DNA from: Trichinella spiralis
Taxonomy: Eukaryota
Direction: 5' to 3'
NCBI RefSeq assembly: GCF_000181795.1
Contig: NW_003526946.1
Location: 739,351-803,350, forward strand
DNA: 64,000 bases
Positions 40,001 through 54,154 of the stretch are shown here, piece after piece. The position numbers were made by a program, and so were the translations under genes. The notes beneath the pieces are model-generated. The model saw only the letters and a program-made list of their open reading frames with translations. It was not told the DNA's origin and ran no database searches. Within the stretch, counting starts at the first letter, position 1. Each line of letters begins with the position of its first letter.

Positions 40001-43000
40001 ATTATCCCTTCCGACACCCCAGACTCGAATCTGATGAATCGGCTGTACGTGCAGTACAGTATCACTGTCCGGATCGCACAGACGCAAGTCATGATCGTCA
40101 AGTTCCATGATCAACTCTTTTCCCTGAAAATGCATCAGTGATGGTGGCAAAAAAATAAAATAAAATACTCTCCATATGCCAACGTTGTGGAACCACATAC
40201 ATCACCCCATTTGGATACATTGTCCATAAAATCATTTCGACCCGTTGACAGGTCGACTATGGCACGATTGACCGCACGAGAGCTTTTCTCAGGAGTCAAG
40301 TTCTCCTCAGCAATTTCAGTCCAACCAAGAGAGCGAACCGCAAAGCGTACCGGCTAAAATTGAAAATTCTGTACAACACGGCAAAAATAAGAATAAGAAA
40401 CATCAGTCAGTGTTATTGTGCAATTTATACAATTCGCCCAATTTGTTCACCAATGGTGGCAGTATGCTTGTGAAAAGTTGACAAATTGCAAAAATTCACA
40501 GAACTGAAAAGAAAAATTTTTTTCTGGCCTTATTATTAAAATGAAAAATATGAAAAACGAAAACATTAATAATAATGTCAAATTGCACGTCTGATCTGCT
40601 TAAATGATTATCAGTCAAGAGTTGGACTTTTCGCATTGATTCACTTTGCATTCTGGCTGAGTTGAACGTAAAGTAAAAATAAAAGGGAAATAAAATGTAA
40701 AACATGAACTGAATTGCAACAAAAATTAGTCATTGACATTAAACAAAACTGCACTGTTCAAAGCAGTGTAAATTACTTTTTCATTTTTTTGAAAAGCTAT
40801 TTAAATGGTAATAATATTATTGGGATTGTTGATTGCAATGTAAAGATGCTCGTGTAGAATTAATAAACCAACGCGTACGGGGACAATAGCTAATATAAAG
40901 TAGCAGTAGGGATGTAAATTGAATTTCATTGGATAAAACTCTAAGCAGCCTGAAATGTTCAAATCCTGCAACTATTTTCATTCAATATCATCAGCTGCGT
41001 GCGAGAGTAGTTTTGAAAATTTTAAAAATCAATTTCAAATTGTAAAGAATGTTGTGCAAATTTATGAGTGTTAATTTTAACAAAAAAAACTGTTTTTTTT
41101 TTGTAAATTGCAACAGATAGAATAGAATTATGCTATGCTATTAATCGGGATGCTTCCTAAAAGGCGATTAAATAAATGATAATAAATTTACAAATTTACA
41201 ATACCAGCAATGCGCCTCTTATCCAAATCAGCACGTTCGCCAAAGAAGCCGTCATTGACAAGATGATGCAGAAAAGGAAAAGCAAAAGAAGTTGAAAATC
41301 AGAAGAAGGATAAATAATAATAATTAATAAATAGAAAATAAAAAACACAAAAGTGAATTCGCTTGTTGAATAAATAATTCGTCCATGTTTTTTGTTGAAT
41401 CCATCGGATGCTTTTCTGTTCTGGCCAAAAATATCGGTTGCACGTTTTGCCGTATGCTTCAATGAGGGGAGGGGGTTAAAGTATGAATGTGGAAGCGAAA
41501 TCCAAGCGAATTTTGTTGGAAAATGTCTTAAAAAGATTCAAAGGATGCTCATATTTTGACGACGATTGGCCGTGAGGAGATTTGAAAACGACGCATGCGA
41601 AAAATGACCAAAGCAACGCCAAAGCCGGCTGAATTCCACTTTCAACAACGATGATGATTATGATGATGAGCTAATGATCAAAGTGGAGACATTAAATCGT
41701 TGACAGGAACACATCACACAGAGCAGCCAGTATGGCTATCTATTTTCGGCAGCGCAGCCTATCAGCAGCAACCGATTTATCAAAATATGCAACAGAACAA
41801 ACAAAAATTAAAATAAAAAAGCTGCCTGCCTGCATGCTATTTTGAAAACAAACAAAAGTACAAAAAAGTGACATCATACTGAATGGATATTGAAAAGTAA
41901 CAGTACATTTAGAAATCACAAAAAATTTCACAACAACAACATGATAATAAACTTTAAAACAATTGCAAACACAAACATGTCGTTGTTTTGCTTTTTTACT
42001 TTTCATTATTGCCGAATCGAAGCATTACCAAATAATATAAGCAGAAAATCAATATTTCCACAATCCCGTATATATATATTATATCAAAATTTGCACAATT
42101 CTTCAATGTGATGAAACAAGCAAATATTCAGAAAAAAAATTCTAATAATAAACGAAATTAGAGAAAAAAAACTACCATTTGATATATTAGATTAAATAAT
42201 CTAATTTAAATTGAATATACTAGAAAATAAATAAAGTTAGCAGCAAACAGAAAAATAAACGAATACAAAATGCATAAGATGAAGAAGAAGAAGAAGAAGA
42301 AGCTTTGATTTGCTGTCAACTTATCTATCTTACCATGCAAGCAATTCAACTCGCAGCACAGTGTCACAAAGCAGAGACAAATAAAAGTTCGCGTTTGTGT
42401 TGTTCTAATAATATTTTAAGATAATGTTCGCAAAATTGAACGTGTACAAATTTTTCACGAATAATTAATTTGAAATTAAATTTCAAATTTCTCCTCACTA
42501 TTATGGAAAATAAAGCTACAAACTAAGACAAACAAATAAACAAAATTCATACCCCTCTTGAATCTGCTTCTTCACATGTATTTCTGAAATAAACAATAAA
42601 AAACAGCTGTAAATAAATAAATAAATAAATAAATAAAGATGCAACTTTACTTCTCACTATTACTGGAATCCCGTTCGACTCTTCGTTTGAGCGTTGTCTG
42701 CTTAAATGCGCGTTCAACAATGATCGGCTGCTCAAGCGGTGTGGTCGATCGGTTGTGCTTCGTCTTCTGTTCCGACTGTTCAGAACTTTCCGACGTGTCG
42801 CTTTGACTTTCGTAATTCAAAGTCTACAAAATTGGAAATTACAAAAATAAATATCTCAAAAATAACAAACTCAAGAAATATTATTATACCAAAAAAAAAC
42901 CAGGCAATAATATCTTTTGATTTAAATTTTTTCTTATATATATACTTTTTACATTTACTTCCACTTTTTTCTTTGTTGAAAAAAATTCAAAAATAATTCA

Positions 43001-46000
43001 CTCTACTTCCCATCAAAAAGCTAATTTCATTTGTTACACAAAAGCAACAAGCATATAAAAATACAAGATATAAATTTCGAACAGAATAATTCCAAGTAAA
43101 ATCATAATGCACCCAGTATTTTTTCACTGATTTATTTCTACAGTAGATAAGAAAAAAAATTGCTTGAAGTAACTTTCTTCTGAAAAATCAAATTCATCAA
43201 CCGAACAACCTATCCCAATAATACTCTGAAGTCATACCTTGACCAGTCCGGTTAATTCTGAATAAGCAAGCGCTTTCCAAACACTAACTGCGTGCAACAT
43301 CGCAAATAAAAAATAATACCACGGACTGCAGTTCAATTTCTAAAATGAAATCTTCCCATGCAAACGTCTCTCTCATTCTCTCTCTCTAGATGTACAAATT
43401 TATTCAGACATACACACACAGGCATCTATATATACATATATATATGTCTGTGTGTGTGCACATATAAATTTAAAAGAAAACAAATAGACTCTCGGAGATA
43501 CAAAGTATCAGAACAATATATCCCATCCTGATTAACGGACAATGGTGCAGAATACGCAGATAGCCTGTGTTTGAATGTACGCGATGCAGATGAAAAGCAC
43601 GGATTAAAGTCAACGATGATTTCCCACAGGTCTGAACAAAATGCAGTTCATTTCACTAGTATTATCAGTTTCAAAGCAGCATAATCAAACTAATAGTGTT
43701 GTTGGAATAAAGAAAAAGAAAAAATAAATTATACCATACGTCAAAGTAAAATTGAAACAATTTTCTGAATAAACATTAAAATAACAAAAAATATGACGGA
43801 TCTACTACGATCAATTCATCGCCTGGCCAACTGCATCACATTCAATTAATTGATTCACAAATACACGGCGGCCAAGGCGAGCAAGTTGCCGTTGTTCCAC
43901 AATTTGAATAATAACTGAACTGAACAATACCAAAGCTTGGACCCATCTCCCCTAACAATAAACCCTAACATCATCCGACAAACTGTTGCTTAGGTAATTT
44001 ATAATTATTACACACAGCACTGTGCTATACTGTTTGGATTAATATTACTTGGAAAAAAAAATTTTTTTTTCATTATCTCATCAGTGTTAAAATTGAATTA
44101 TGATAATATGCGTTTGTTGTAATAGAATTAATTAATTGGTGATATTGTTGTTGTTGTTGTTGTTCACAATGCTCACCTTCATCGATTCTGTTGGACGTTC
44201 GCGTTGTACAGTGCCCGAATCAACGTGCCAATAATAGCTGAAACCGCGTGGATCTAGAAAATGAAAAAAGTTAAAATTAACTGCTAACAACATTAAGCCA
44301 ACAACAAGGAAAATAAACGTCGTCAAACAGGTTATGAAAAAGAACGAATGAACCAGTTTCAACAAGCGAATTGTTCAAGCAAAATTAATTCTCCTTCTTG
44401 TTCATGTAATAATAATAATATCTCAGCATGCTTAAAATGAAAAATCTTATGTCTCATAAAATTATTGCATTGAAATTATAACAAATCGCATTACAAAATA
44501 ATAAATAAAAACTATAACATTATGAAAATTTAAACAAATTAGAATTTAATTTCAAATTAAAAAAGAATATATATATATTTCAAATAAAGCAATTCGTGGA
44601 AATTTCATGTGGAAAGTAAAGAGAAGTTAAGCTGCCTTTCAAACAAGAATCATCATGTGAAGGGAAAAATTATGCATTTAAAAAAAACAAATACGCATAG
44701 AAAAAGAAAATGAAAAAAAATCACCTTCGTGCCGCTCCCAACCAGGAGGCAGAGGTCTTCTGGGTGATTCATCGTTGTCGTTTTCAAAAGGCTGAATCAA
44801 ATAATCCGGTAGTCGTCGAACTGGCTTCGATGGCTGAGCATACTCCATCTGTATACCGCTGTCATGACTGTCCGGCGATTTAACGTGCCTTAAAACAAAC
44901 AAAACCATGCATCAACTATTCATTAATAGGTAAATTTCCAAATTCAAACACTTCCTTCCATTCATATATTATGTTCAATAACACTTACGACAGTGAAATT
45001 TAATGCGTTATCATCAAAATCAAATAAAACACGCTTGCCCAATGAAACTATTATAAAAAATCTTGTCTCTAAAAAACACTTTGACGTGAACTGAAAATAA
45101 CTCCTGCTTTTGTTTAATGGTCATACAAATCGTACTGTAGCATTCATGGGAAAATTCATGAAAATTGTTCACTGTTGAAAGTTTCGCATTTATTAGAAAA
45201 TGACATTTTTATCAGAATGCCAACAAATTGAACAAATTAATGATAAAAATAATTTTAAAAAATACGCGAAAGGAAGCTTGAAAAAATACGGAACATTAAA
45301 TCGATCGAATGAATTGATTTGTTTAAGCAATGATTTTGAAACTGAAAAACGAGCATCAATTCTTTCCACTGGAAAAGGCGTTGCAGTGAAAGGCCAGCAT
45401 AAATATGATGAAAGACAATGTATGAAAAGAATAAAACATTTCTTTTGCATTCAATCAATGTAAATGAAACAACTGTAATTTCTTTTCAAAATTAATCCAT
45501 ATATCAATTTCATAGGTAGTAATGGATGTTTCATTTTGCTAATCAATTTATTGCTTGTCCCATTCAAATTGAAGTGAAATCAACTACTGTGGAAAAAAAA
45601 ACATTATTTTCTTTCCCATTTCTGGCAAAAAATCCACGCCGGTGAATACATACTTGAAAAATTCGATTGCAATCGTATTCTTTTTTCGTAATAACATTTC
45701 TCTAATTAAACCACCCCGCTGCTGTCTTTTCTATTTGTCATCGGTGCTTCATTTCATTCTCTCCGCTACAATGAATCATCATTCATTCATACCGCTGACA
45801 GACTTCTTCGTATGCATGCATAAATGATCATACAGTACATTTTAGTCAACTAGTCGTACAGATGGGTAGAGTTTTCAAGTAATATTTATTATTAGTCGTT
45901 TCGCCAAATCGAACCAATAAAAATAATTTAATCTAATTTTCATCACTCGTTCCTGTGCATCGTGCTCCACTGCGGAATAATTTATTGAATGTTCAATAAC

Positions 46001-47625
46001 CACTGCCAATTCACAATGCTAATGTCAGTCAGTAGCTTGTCAGCAGTTTTCTTGTATTAAAATCTTTCGCAAATGCAAATGTTCCACTTCAGTTATATAC
46101 AAAATCAATCAATCAACCAACCAATTAACAACAACATAACTTTGCTTGGGTTCGAAAAATATGAATTAGGTACGTTTTAAAAGAGAAGAAGAAAAAAATG
46201 CTCATTGTGAACGGCAGATTTTTCCACTTTCAACACAACTTGCTCAAATTTTGTTGTGTAAAAAAATGAAGTTGTAAACAAAAATTTCCTTGCAAATTGG
46301 ATAAAAATCAAAACAAATAAATAAATTTAATAAAAACCTCAAACATTAATAAAAAAATAATTAACAAATCTAAAAAATAAAATAAATTACTCAGTGTAAT
46401 TTTGTAATTAATTATTTTGCTCGAAATCTGACGATAATGTTATCTACTTAATAATTGATATAGTGGTGTGTGTGTGTGTGTGTGTGTGTAATTTGAATAA
46501 ACAACAACAACAACATCAACAATTTATCAAATAAAATGCGCACAAGATGGGCTGCTGCCACCCTCGATGCTCCATTCCAAATGTCCACTACTAGGATCAG
46601 CTTTCTTGCCCAGATAGCGAAAATTGATCAACCGATAACGTCAAAAACAGCAACTTGTGTTCAATAAATCAATAAAAAGAAATAAATTATATTTAAATAA
46701 AATAAACAAGTTGCTCATAAAATAACATTGATAAGGAAATCAAAAAAAAAACAAATTATAACAAGGAATATTAAATAAAATTAAGATAAAAGAGAAGAAA
46801 ATTGACTCTTACGCAACGTCGTCGGTAGCGTAAAACTCTTCAACGCTGTTGTCTCGAGCCGGAAGGTGATTGTTTGATCCGCCCTTGTCATTGTCATTGT
46901 CGTTGTAGTCGTCGCCCAAGTGGGCGTTGTCCATGGTCGAGGAGTGCCAGTAAAAAGAGTACGGATCCCGATGCTGAGTGACCACGTTGGCGTCGTGGTG
47001 GCGACGGATCCGATAGCCGGCGCTGTTCAGCGCGGCTTTGTTGATCGCGTCGAAACTGCGCTGAAAATCGTTGGCGCCGTAGTCCACCGAATCTTCCAGG
47101 CGCCTGTCCAAGCTTGGTCTGAAGCTGCTCATGGTTTCGTCATCGACCGACATCCCCAAACGGCTCAACGGCTCCTCGATAGTCGTTGTTGCCGAATTTC
47201 CAATATTCAACACCAACTCTCGTTCCGAACGATTCGTCTCGACCAAATCTGACGTTGCCCCGTCGTAACAGTCGACACCTTCTCCAGCACACGAATTATT
47301 ATTACCTGCCAAATAAAATGCAACACTGTTCAATTCGTAACAATTTCAATTGGATTTGTTTTTCTCCATTTGAAAAATATATGCAAATTAAACGAAATTA
47401 TCCAAAAATTTGACAACTGATTGAAAAATTAAAATCATCAACAAAATCTGTCTGCTTGAACGTGTGAGTGGGTTTTCGTCTGTGCGAGTAATTTGTGAAA
47501 CACTGACCATGCTGGATTTCGGTGACAATTTTCTCCATTCGTACATTGGCATTCGACACAGTTTGTTTTCCAAAAATACCATCCTCCGAACAGCGCGTCG
47601 AAGCTGCAACTGCTGCTGTCGCCAT
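37034..47625 (-). CDS. feh-1: Fe65/APBB family adaptor (WW plus two PTB domains), multi-exon
   Basis: WW domain LPPGWERHEDPRGFSYYWHVDSGTVQRERP; PTB1 RFAVRSLGW..IRVWGVGRDNGRDFAYVARD..CHVFRCDTPA; PTB2 ECRVRYLSFLGIG..ACKLRYQK. Intron phases are consistent from ATG 47625 to stop 37034-37036. Confidence 0.93.
39888..39893 (-). other. 6-nt frame-preserving microexon (AGAAAG) in Fe65 PTB1
   Basis: Minus strand reads gtttaag|AGAAAG|gtaaat inside the intron that splits GRDNGR/DFAY; inclusion gives GRDNGRERDFAY. Confidence 0.85.
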
Positions 47626-47676
47626 GGTCCACTTTGCTTCTTAATTAATTAATAGCTTGATATACATATATATATT

Positions 47677-47710
<34 letters not shown>

Positions 47711-47712
47711 CG
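47677..47712. repeat. (TG)n(CG)n microsatellite upstream of the Fe65 start; related TG/CA tracts at ~46467-46489 and ~47871-47894
   Basis: Direct reading of dinucleotide runs. Confidence 0.85.
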
Positions 47713-49554
47713 CTCTTGTTATTCCAATGGACACCAATCAGGGCAAATGTTCTCTCAACGACTGAAGCACGAGTTTCAAGAAAAACTTGCTCGACCCAGC
47801 AGAAGCTAGGCTACAAGTGGCTAGAAAACAAATATTACAGTAAACCAGCAAACATGCAAACGCCAAACAAACACACACACACACACACACACACGTACGC
47901 GCACGCCAACGCCCACATTTTACAATTGTCACGAGAATCACGAGAAAGTCAAGAGACCGGACTTGAATTGCAGAACAAGAATGAAAACTAAAAATCCAAA
48001 TCAACGGCACCAAAAACATAACCAAGGGAAATGGTCGGATGCAATTTTAACAGAACAAAACGGACGACACAACTCTGCAGAAATATGATGGTGTAGCAAT
48101 GCTTGCGTCTCTCACTGCTAGCAGGCCAAATTTGAACGTGCCACAAACAAATGGATAATCAATACGAACGGATGGACCGACTGATGGAAAATTAAACAAT
48201 TCAGCTTCCCGCTACCAATGAAAAACTAAACCAATGCTAGCTGACCAAAGCAGACGACACAAAATGTCCCAGCCTTCATACAAAATGAACAATCATTTCA
48301 ACCAAAGTATGAGGAGCGATCGATTTTTTTTTTTGCCTTTTCAGAAAAAAATTCCACAAACAAAAATTCATTCTTGAATTTCTTTTCAAAATTCACCCCT
48401 CTTCAAATCACTGAAAACAAAATCCAAAATAAATTAAATAAATAAATAAATGATTCTCAGGTAGTAAACAAATTCCGTCAGACAAAAGTAAACAGTGTCA
48501 ATTTGTGCAACTCTCTAATTGCTTGAGAATCAATTCAACCGTCAAGTTCTAGTCTGTGTGTGGAAAAACAACAAATTGGAAAAATATTTCATCCGCACGA
48601 TGTACCACCAATCATCCCATCCATCCATCCTTTTCAAATGCAAAAACTAAACAATAATAATACCTACGGAATCTAATTGTTGCCCAATGATTTCATTTCA
48701 TCTGTTTAACTGTTTATTTTTGTTCACATCAAATTTATTATTTCATAAATATATCGGACCTGTCAACATATAAACTAAACAACAAGGAGGAAATTTTTAA
48801 TTTTTTTTCGAATGCTATTCGTACTTGGTAACCAAAGAGTATATAAATAAATCTCACTTGTGAATTTAAACATGCTCTGCACAGAAGGAAAATATTGCTG
48901 AGAAAAGAAGTGACAAAAGTTCAACAACAAAAAAATGACAAATACAGTATGTCAAGCAGTTACAGTCATTTGTTCCGGTCAAAAAGATCAGTGCAGGTGT
49001 AAATACTTGACCACAAATCAACGCATTTGAAACAACTGGCGATCACGAAAACAAACAAACAAAAACGGATTCAAAAATCTTTCCAAACTTACCATTTGTC
49101 ATCCGGTTCATCAGCTGTGTGTTGTTTAGTATTTCATGCATACAAAAAAAATACCTGAAAATCACAAACTGTCGATAAATAGAAAAACAAATCAAGTGAC
49201 AAACCGTTGAATTTGATTTTCCTGAACAAATATGGCACTGCTGAACAGGAAAAAAAAGGGCCAATGCTTCCTCTTTCAAACTGCAATAATATAAAAGGAA
49301 CAAAATGAACGCTGCTTGAAACAAACGTGCTGTTTCTCTTTTAACCAATAATTCTACCTGTTGCTGTAACGACAGTCAAAAAAGCTACAATAAAATTAAT
49401 AAGTTATGTTTTCTTCTTATCATCCATTTCACAGATATGGATATTCGATGAGGATTCAACCTGCGACTTGTTACATCAATGCAAATTCTTCATTTTTTGA
49501 GATGAATAAATTTTTATTTACTCAAATTGTTAACTTGTATAAAACGTTTTGCAA

Positions 49555-50814
49555 CTAGAATTTGCGAGAAAGACGTCGGTGCTTTCTTGAAAGCGCATGA
49601 GCATTCCACTGATTTTTAGCAATATACCGATTGCAGGTTTCGCAACGTACGTAGAGAAGTTTGTCGTCGTGGGCTTTCCAATCCAACGATTTCTGATTCA
49701 ACGGTTCCATGACCGGTGGAACCGTGGCAGGGCATAAAAACCAGTCGACCAGTGTCAGTGCTTGTGCAATGCAGTGACGAAATGAGTGCGGCGTGTCGAC
49801 ATGCATATCCAAAGCGTATACAGGCAACGCGACGGAACCGGGCCGTCGGACGATACGATTTTCAATCCATTTCACCTGCTTTTTCGCGTACCTGCAAGTA
49901 GCCAAGTGCAGTTGTTCCAAGCAACGTTGAAATATCTCCAGACCATGAGTAGAATGGCGCGCCTCTGGCTCCAAACGGAGAAATGGCAAAAATTCCTTGA
50001 ATCCTAAACACTGAAAAGCACCTTTGGCTTGGTTGTCGTTGGGTATGCTGTTCTGTTTGGCGACGTACTGGTCGTAAAAGGTGTCGTAAAATTCGACCAG
50101 CTCGTCTTTGAGTCCACGTTCCAGCATCCGTTCTAATCGAGCTTCCAAACGCTTGTGCAACAGTTGGCGGTCGATCCGAAGCCACAGAATCAGACAGTTC
50201 TGAAAAAGTAGCTTTTGCTCAACATCGCAGAGGCGCTGCTGTTCCACCAGCTCGCTTTGCCGACGTCCAGTGGCGTGCCACACTTGCAAACTCCTCAACA
50301 ATCGACGTCGATTGTTGGGATGCAAACGACAGGCCATGTCCGGATCGACTTTACGCAGCTCGTCGAGTAGCCGCTCGCCGTCCATTGTAAGCAAATCAGC
50401 TGGCAGATCTTGGTAATAACAGTTTCCAGTGTGTGATGGTTGCTTTTCACTCAACAGTGTGTTCCAAATCAACGACTCAATGTAATAATTGGTACCGCCA
50501 ACCAACACCGGTAGACGACCCCGGCTCTGCACAGCGGCAATCGTTTGCAGAGCTTGCTGACGAAAATGCTGCACCGTGTAGCCGAATGTCAGAGGATGCA
50601 AACTGCTCACAAGATGCTCGTCCACATTGCGGCGCTCTTCAACGGTGCTCTTGTTAGTTGCAATTGCCAAGCCACTGTACATCTGCATGGCGTCGGCGCT
50701 GATCATCTCACCGCCAGCGTGCAAGCACACTTCCACGGCTAGTTCAGTCTTGCCCGTGCCGGTGGCACCCAAAATTACCACGATAGGCTTTTTCCAGTCG
50801 ACACCGCAGCGCAT
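49555..50814 (-). CDS. TRIT1: tRNA dimethylallyltransferase (IPP transferase, gro-1/TRIT1/Mod5), intronless CDS
   Basis: GATGTGKT, ISADAMQMY, VGGTNYYIESL, LHPNNRRRLLRSL, YAKKQVKW and a C-terminal zinc finger CETC..H..SRKH. ATG 50812-50814 follows a TTATACAG acceptor-like site. Confidence 0.95.
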   Translation of the reverse strand: MRCGVDWKKPIVVILGATGTGKTELAVEVCLHAGGEMISADAMQMYSGLAIATNKSTVEERRNVDEHLVSSLHPLTFGYTVQHFRQQALQTIAAVQSRGRLPVLVGGTNYYIESLIWNTLLSEKQPSHTGNCYYQDLPADLLTMDGERLLDELRKVDPDMACRLHPNNRRRLLRSLQVWHATGRRQSELVEQQRLCDVEQKLLFQNCLILWLRIDRQLLHKRLEARLERMLERGLKDELVEFYDTFYDQYVAKQNSIPNDNQAKGAFQCLGFKEFLPFLRLEPEARHSTHGLEIFQRCLEQLHLATCRYAKKQVKWIENRIVRRPGSVALPVYALDMHVDTPHSFRHCIAQALTLVDWFLCPATVPPVMEPLNQKSLDWKAHDDKLLYVRCETCNRYIAKNQWNAHALSRKHRRLSRKF

Positions 50815-52034
50815 GTTTCCTGTATAACAACTTATCACTTCATAATTTCTTATCAACCACAAACATCTTTCAAACAGTATAAAATGAAATAAAACAGTCG
50901 CCTAAATAATTATTAATTATTCAACCCAAAAGAATCATACAAATTTCACGTGCAATCCAGGTAACAGAAGTCGCAAAATTAAGAGTATATTAAATTCAAC
51001 TAAAGTACAGAAACAAATTCAAACTCGAACTTGCATTCCAATACTAATTTGCCAATATTACTGTAAGCTTAGTATGATTAAATGTCCATTTTTCTCTTCA
51101 GAAGGAAAGAAATAATGAAACAGTATTATGTCTCAAATAATGTATGAAAAACTGTTTTAATTGCACTAACTCATTTCATTAAATTCGAAAAGTAAAAAAA
51201 AATTCAAACAAAAAAGATCAAATCCAAAATCACAATTATTTCAGCCAGAAAATGCTGCCTTCAAAAGTATACATTTACAAGACTATCAACTATTTTGAGA
51301 AACTTTACTAAAAACACTAATTATTATTATTATTATTTAAAAATTTATTAGTAATGCACAATCGGAAATGAAGTTCACGAACAGCATTGACTTTTGATGT
51401 AACTTTTCATACATGCAAAAGCAGTTGTTGAAAACAAAATTTCATTGCATTTCAAAGAATGCAAAGAAAAACATTAATTCAAAAATGCAACTATTAACTC
51501 AAGAAGACAAACGTGAACAAAAAAATTTTTTCAATCCATTCACCAAATTATTAGACCAATTCAAACCTTTCTTCCATAACAAAACATATGAAAGTGAAAG
51601 GAATTGCAATGCTTAAGAATGTGAAAAATAGTTCCAAAAAAAATAAAAAATTCGTAATCAGATAAAAGATTTTGTCAAAAGTAGTGTTTTATAAAACTGT
51701 TCCTCCACAATACAATTATAAATCTGTTATTCAACAGTAGGATAAAGTTGCATAAGAAAAAAAAAAGAAAAAAACCTTTAATGCACTATATAAAACTTTC
51801 TAAAAACACTCACTCTAATAATTTTGTTCTATAACTTTAATGTATACTTCATCCCTGTGTTCAATAAAGAAATAAATGACAGTATCTGCCAATATTCAGG
51901 TCATGTAGAATACTGTATTTCTTTTACAAAAGTTACAAATCTCACAAACAAGTAACTTAAAAAAGTGGTACTCTATTTTTCTCGAGAACATTATACATTC
52001 GTAATTTAAGAACAACTCAATAACAACGAAACAG

Positions 52035-53393
52035 TTACACTTCTTCATCACTTTCATCAGTATTTCTGGTGATCCTAAATTACGCACCATTATCATAAAT
52101 ATCACAAGTGCAAATATGCAACTTACCCCTGTGGAAAGAATTTGTTCACATACTCAGCACACTGTTTTATACGCAGTTGAATTGATGCATGATACGACGG
52201 AGGAACAGGCTCTCTGGAGACAACCATATCACAGCATTCTTAGTAACATTAATTTCTTTATAAATCGAGCATTTTATTTTTAAAAAACAGATTTTCATAC
52301 CTTTTACTTTTAAAATCAGTGCATTTATTTGTTTTAATTCGCAACTGCGCATCGCGTTTCTAATATATCTTAAAAAGAATGACAATCTGTTTATATAAAT
52401 TAATGAATTTCCGCTACTAACTGTTCTACTGCTACTTCAGCCATATTTTGTTTAGCACTGGCAAGCAATGCGGCTAAAGCTATCTGCAACAGTTAATAAC
52501 TAAAAAAACAAGCTATCATCAAGTGAAACTTTTTTATCACTTGGCTAGGTGAATATAGAAATGAAACATCAGTGAATAATGAATTCCACAGAAAATCATA
52601 TGCGCCTTGACGAAGTAATTCTACTTTTTCAAATTCTGGATATAATGTCTTAAATAAATATTCATAGTTTAAAAACAGGAAAAAATTATTTATTCACAAA
52701 TAAATATACCTTCATAGATATGAAATGCCCTTCAAGCGGTCGAAATGGATGGTAAACGTATAAATGACATTTGATTCTCGTCAAAACTTCCATTTCTAAA
52801 GACAATATTACTTCAGCGTTTTCTGCTTGAGTCCCTGATTTCAATTTCTGGGTAAACGTTTCAATTGTAACGTAAAAATCATCCAGTTTACATGCAAGAT
52901 AAATAATAGCCATCCTTAAAAACACATCGCGCTAAATTGTGTCGTAAGTCAATTCAGAAAAAAAACATACATTACATTTTTGGCGACAACAAATTCAGAC
53001 ACAGAAGTTTGCAAATAAAATCGTTTAAAAAGGCAAAATGCTGTGCACTAGAACAAAATTTTTTATAAAACTATTTTCAAAACAGTACATCGCACTTACT
53101 ATAGTACTCCATGGCAAAGGCGGAGAAAAATTCTGACAAAACTTCAGTGCGTTTTCCTCAACAACAGAACAAACAAGCCTTTCTTCTTCTTCAGTCAAAA
53201 GTATAGATGAATCAAATTCTACCTTAAAATTAAAATTTATTGGGCAATAAATTTAATTTCGTCCAGTACAACTCACTCCAGCTCTTTCCCGCATTTTCTC
53301 ACGGAACCGTTGCCTAGACTGATGCCTAATGTTTGTCAAAGTTTGCATTGAATCAAACATCCAGTATTTTTTCTGAGAACTATTAGAAAACAT
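52035..53393 (-). CDS. CCNH: Cyclin H, multi-exon
   Basis: MFSNSSQKKYWMF, FKRFYL, IYLACKLDDF, HLYVYHPFRPLEG, YSPSQIALAAL; ends GITRNTDESDEEV*. Confidence 0.94.
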
Positions 53394-54154
53394 TCTCTGA
53401 CAGAGTCATTCACCTAAAATTACAAACTTTACATTGTGTAAATGATAATATAAGAAAGAATGCATTTATATGAAACATCGAAAGAAATAAAAAAGAAAAT
53501 AAATAAATATGTATATACCTTACAAAATCATTATTTGAATTACCTACCAATGTAGCCTAAATCTTAAAAATTGAATGGAGAAATGTTATCAAAACACAAA
53601 AATATGACGCATGTACAGTATATAAAAATTAGGTGCAAAACACATCGATGAAGTAAAATAGAACATAAGAAAACAAATTTTTATAGACAATAATACATCA
53701 CGTAAAGAAAATGGGCGTAAAAATATATTTTTACAGTTTCAATTATAAATGTGTTGCTTTTTCATTTTTATAGAAAATGTTAAATTATACAATTTAATAT
53801 TAAGATAAAAAATGAGCACAGCAAATCAAACTTTCTCAGTTAATTTTTTTGTCTCAGATATGTCCAGTTAACTGAATATTCTTCGATACTGCATGTAATA
53901 ATGCCACACTATACATGCACAGTGCACAAGAATTTGTGTTCATGCAGACCAAGAAGAAAAAATTTACCAGATCTACAAAAATTATTTTGTTTATCATTAA
54001 GTAGAAATGCACTTGGAAAAACAAAAGACATTTTCAAGAACGTTAAAACTGATGGGTGCAGTGAAAAAATGTATTTAAAAAATAAACTTTAATTGTGATG
54101 ACAAGAGGAGCTGAACAATCGCTCAATTATCATTTTGAGATCAAGCAATACATA

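Noticed and set aside
43405..43460. ~22-bp hairpin in a Fe65 intron (pre-miRNA-like)
   Set aside because: Formed from CA/TG and TA microsatellites, so the self-complementarity is expected by chance.
45193..45463. Overlapping short ORFs in a Fe65 intron
   Set aside because: No recognisable motif or phase-consistent splice sites.
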